Assembly: GCF_000973505.1 (NCBI RefSeq) | Contig: NZ_CP010048.1 | Coordinates: 30,001-62,000 of the forward strand | Origin: Candidatus Saccharimonadota bacterium | Lineage (GTDB): Bacteria; Pseudomonadota; Gammaproteobacteria; Enterobacterales; Enterobacteriaceae | DNA: 32,000 nucleotides | Reading direction: 5' to 3' | Shown: piece by piece, positions 29,370-32,000 of the stretch | How the letters are laid out: every line of letters begins with the position of its first letter | How positions within the stretch are numbered: the stretch's first letter is position 1 | Translations under genes and position numbers: made by a program | The notes under the pieces: generated by a model | Told to the model about the DNA's origin: nothing | Databases searched by the model: none | What the model saw: the letters and a program-made list of their open reading frames with translations, nothing else

Positions 29370-29463
29370 TTATAGTTGTTGTAGAATGTGTTTTTTAGTT
29401 ATTTATTGATATTCAGGTTAATTGTTATGTTGTATTTATAAAATATAAAGATGGATTTTTCTT

Positions 29464-30325
29464 ATGGAGAAAAACTATTTCTTCGACATTATATATAGTT
29501 CCTACTCCTATTGGAAATTTAGAGGATATTACATATAGGGCTTTGTCGGTTTTACGTAAAGTCAATCTTATTGCAGCAGAAGATACACGGCACACTAGTT
29601 TATTGTTAAATCATTTTTCTATTAATACTCCATTATTTGTTTTTCATGCGTATAATGAAAAAAAGAGAGTGCCGGTGTTGTTATCTAAATTGCGATTAGG
29701 CCATGCTGTTGCTTTAGTTTCTGATGCAGGAACACCATTAATTAATGATCCCGGATACTGTTTAGTGCGTTCTTGTTGTTTACTTGGTGTCCGTGTAGTG
29801 CCGTTGCCTGGTGCATGTGCTGCAATTACTGCATTATCAGCTTCTGGATTACCTACGAATCGTTTTTGCTTTGAAGGTTTTTTACCGTCCAGACAGCGAG
29901 TGCGTATAAATTATTTAAGAAAAATTTTTAATGAAACACGAACGTTGATTTTTTATGTTTCAAAGTATGATATGTTAAATGTTTTACGAGATATGGTGGT
30001 TGTTTTTGGTTCAGAACGTTATGTTGTTTTAGTTCGTGAATTAACAAAAATGTGGGAATCTATCTATAGGGGGGTGTTAAAAGAGGTATTAGATAGGGTA
30101 GAACATGGTCAGATTTCTATTCGTGGTGAAATAGTTTTAGTTGTTGCAGGGTATTGCATTAATAAGCAGAAAAAAAGAGAAGAAATGTTATCCATGGAGG
30201 TTAGATATATAATAGATTTATTAGCAAAAGAGTTGCCATATAGAAGAGTAATAGATTTAGTGGTGAAGATATGTGGAGTCAATAAAAACATGGTGTATAA
30301 ATATCTATTAAAGGAAGAAATTTAG
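29464..30325 (+). CDS. rsmI: 16S rRNA (cytidine1402-2'-O)-methyltransferase RsmI. The 5' end is anomalous: the ATG is out of frame with the body. The track ORF is 29543..30325.
   Basis: IAAEDTRHTSLLL...ALVSDAGTPLINDPGY...RVVPLPGACAAITALSASGLPTNRFCFEGFLP...RTLIFY...RELTKMWE matches E. coli RsmI. The same frame is open upstream to 29399 and encodes the conserved N-terminal LYIVPTPIGNLEDIT (29489-29533), but it has no ATG, GTG or TTG before 29543. An ATG at 29464 lies in the adjacent frame. Confidence 0.85.
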
Positions 30326-30389
30326 AATAAAATGTTGAATGTTAAGTTATATCAAATATAATATGTAGAAAACGTAGTTTGTTTATTGT

Positions 30390-30817
30390 AAGATGGTGGT
30401 GTTGATTAGACAATCGCTGTTTTTATTTCGTTATTTTTAATTATAGAAGCAGAGGAAAGTCCGGGCTCCACAGGGTAGAGTGCCAGGTAATTCCTGGGGG
30501 ATGTGAAGTCCACGACGAGTGCAACAGAAAATACACCGCCTTATAATATTATATAATTATTAATCATTATAGTTATAAGGTAAGGGTGAAAAGGTGCGGT
30601 AAGAGCGCACCGCATATTTGGTAACAATATATGGCAGTGTAAACTCCACTTGGAGCAAGGCTAAATTGGAAAGATATTATAATAACAACAATAAATAATA
30701 GGTATGGCCCGTGCCTTAATCTTTTGGGTGAGCCGCTTTTGAGCTAGTATGTGAATGCTGGTCTAGATAGATGATTGTCCATGACAGAACCCGGCTTATC
30801 GGTCAACTCCCCATCTT
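30390..30817 (+). ncRNA. rnpB: RNase P RNA (bacterial type A, M1 RNA)
   Basis: GAGGAAAGTCCGGGCTCCACAGGGTAGAGTGCCAGGTAAT.CCTGGGGG...CACGACGAGTGCAACAGAAA...GGTAAGGGTGAAAAGGTGCGGTAAGAGCGCACCGC...GTAAACTCCACTTGGAGCAAGGC...ACAGAACCCGGCTTATCGGTC matches the universally conserved P4 and J-regions of E. coli M1 RNA. The terminal P1 pairing is GGTGTTGATT/GGTCAACTCC, extended by AAGATGG (30390-30396) pairing with CCATCTT (30811-30817). The ends are uncertain by about 10 nt. Confidence 0.92.
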
Positions 30818-31090
30818 GTGTGTGTTTTTATAGTAATCTTGAATGATTGTATTGTGTTTTTTTATGATTGTTGTTTTATAGTATGTGTATCATAATATTT
30901 ATATATTGAATATACGTCATATTATATATTTATATATGTATAAGTTTATATATAAATTTAAGATTTATAAACAGATGTTGAAATTCTTGTTAAGATTCCA
31001 TATTTAATGTTATTTATTAATTTTTATTTTTTAAATAAAATATATTGTATTATTGTTCAGTAAAAATATTTTTATAGAGTATCATATATA

Positions 31091-31753
31091 ATGCGTGTGT
31101 TTGAGGAAGTGCTATATGCATTTTGGAATTATGATTGTAAATCATTTTCTGATGTTAGTAATTTAGTAACAGTAGTGTATTTATTGGCTTTTATAGTATT
31201 GTTTTTAGAAAATGGAATACTTGTTACTTCTTTTTTGCCTGGTGATACTTTGTTAATTTTTTTTGGTATGTTGATAGCAAAAGGTATTTTAAGTTTTCCG
31301 CTTACAGTATGTATATTAACTGTTGCAGCTAGCTTAGGTAGCTGGGTAGGTTATATACAGGGAAGGTGGTTGGAAAGCGCGGTTTTAAAAAATTCTTGGT
31401 TTGCGTATTTACCCCAACGTTATCGTTGTTTGGCTTTTCGAATTTTTGATTCTTATGGATTGTTTGCATTATTTATTGGTCGTTTTGTTGTTTTTGTTCG
31501 AACTTTGTTGCCTATGTTAGCTGCTTTATCTGGTTTTCATGGCATCCGTTTTCATTTTTTTAATTGGGTTAGTGCTTTTTGTTGGATATTAATATTGACT
31601 GTATTAGGATTCTTTTTAGGAAAAACGGATTTAATTCAATCGTACGATCATCAACAAGTAGTGTATTTTTTGTTAATTGTTATTTTTTTTGTGGTAGTAT
31701 TAATTGGTATTATAAGAGTCATTTTCTTTAAGATATCACATGTAAAAAAATAA
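31091..31753 (+). CDS. yqjA: DedA-family inner membrane protein, YqjA-like
   Basis: 220-aa ORF. LFLENGILVTSFLPGDTLLIFFGMLIAKG...LTVAASLGSWVGYIQGRWL...LFIGRFVVFVRTLLPMLAALSG...RFHFFNWVSA...LGFFLGKT is colinear with E. coli YqjA. Confidence 0.85.
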   Translation: MRVFEEVLYAFWNYDCKSFSDVSNLVTVVYLLAFIVLFLENGILVTSFLPGDTLLIFFGMLIAKGILSFPLTVCILTVAASLGSWVGYIQGRWLESAVLKNSWFAYLPQRYRCLAFRIFDSYGLFALFIGRFVVFVRTLLPMLAALSGFHGIRFHFFNWVSAFCWILILTVLGFFLGKTDLIQSYDHQQVVYFLLIVIFFVVVLIGIIRVIFFKISHVKK

Positions 31754-31825
31754 TATTCAGATAGTGAAAAACAAAATTATTATTGTTTTAGCACAAACAA
31801 CATATATTACTTATTTATTATTTAT

Positions 31826-31900
31826 TGGCCCCTGCTGGATTTGAACCAGCGGCCAAGCGATTATGAGTCGCCTGCTCTGACCAATCTGAGCTAAGGGGCC
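31826..31900 (-). tRNA. ileX: tRNA with anticodon CAU, best read as tRNA-Ile2 (lysidine-modified, decodes AUA) rather than tRNA-Met
   Basis: The reverse complement is GGCCCCTTAGCTCAGATTGGTCAGAGCAGGCGACTCATAATCGCTTGGCCGCTGGTTCAAATCCAGCAGGGGCCA. It is almost base-for-base the E. coli ileX/ileY sequence as I recall it, with a G1-C72 acceptor stem, so it is not an initiator tRNA. It lies next to rpoD, as ileX does in E. coli. No CCA is encoded. Confidence 0.85.
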
Positions 31901-31952
31901 GAGAATTTAAGATATAAGTTGAATTTTTATTATTGCTCTTTTTTTATTTATT

Positions 31953-32000
31953 TTAATCTTCTAGAAAGCTTCGTAATACTTCTGATCGACTTGGATGCCG
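31953..32000 (-). CDS. rpoD: RNA polymerase sigma-70 factor RpoD, last 15 codons plus stop (the rest lies outside the window)
   Basis: The reverse frame reads RHPSRSEVLRSFLED*, with the TAA at 31955-31953. E. coli RpoD ends ...RHPSRSEVLRSFLDD. Only 48 nt are visible. Confidence 0.7.
   Translation of the reverse strand, partial: RHPSRSEVLRSFLED

Noticed and set aside
2737-30291. The other short track ORFs: 2737..2934, 5339..5530, 5508..5765, 6635..6853, 9783..9971, 11510..11698, 18118..18312, 18269..18466, 19765..19980, 20721..21017, 28901..29119, 30109..30291
   Set aside because: Each overlaps a well-supported gene (zur, ssb, yjcE, gltP, argI, lptG, the ABC ATPase, the ABC permease, dolP or rsmI), either on the other strand or in another frame. 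None has a recognisable motif.
1-32000. A search by eye for transposases, integrases, phage genes, restriction-modification, toxin-antitoxin or other defence genes, DnaA-box clusters and rRNA operons
   Set aside because: None were seen. Every ORF of 130 aa or more that is not a rejected antisense shadow ORF is accounted for by a conserved housekeeping gene in E. coli-like local synteny. The spacers contain no ORFs or structured GC-rich islands apart from rnpB and the two tRNAs.

Overview
This is a very AT-rich window whose + strand is G+T-rich throughout, whichever way the genes run. It reads as an ordinary chromosomal stretch from a reduced-genome enterobacterial insect endosymbiont. The gene set, the retained LPS-transport genes, the long eroded spacers and a frameshift inside a homopolymer tract most resemble Candidatus Blochmannia, but I cannot confirm the organism without a database search.

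Gene order left to right: pitA (partial), ubiA, zur, dnaB, ssb, yjcE, gltP, ridA, argI, valS, pepA, lptF, lptG, tRNA-Leu(CAA), a metal ABC importer (41-codon micro-ORF, ATPase, permease), lptB, lptA, ibaG, murA, degQ, rplM, rpsI, dolP, rsmI, rnpB, yqjA, tRNA-Ile2(CAU) and the 3' end of rpoD. By my coordinates about 23% of the window is non-coding.

I found no mobile elements, CRISPR arrays, prophage genes, defence systems or toxin-antitoxin genes, and no convincing novel multi-gene system. The observations most worth follow-up are:
1. lptG is broken by a frameshift inside a T10 tract, and its C-terminus continues in another frame. Many in-frame 9-10 nt homopolymers sit in neighbouring genes.
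2. lptC upstream of lptA appears reduced to a multi-frame remnant, and LptF carries Tyr where E. coli has Arg212, the site of lptC-bypass suppressors.
3. A 22-bp perfect palindrome resembling a Zur box precedes a metal ABC importer that has no binding-protein gene but does have a coupled 41-codon micro-ORF. zur itself is retained in the window.
4. The conserved N-terminus of rsmI lies upstream of its first in-frame canonical start codon, and the only nearby ATG is one frame off.
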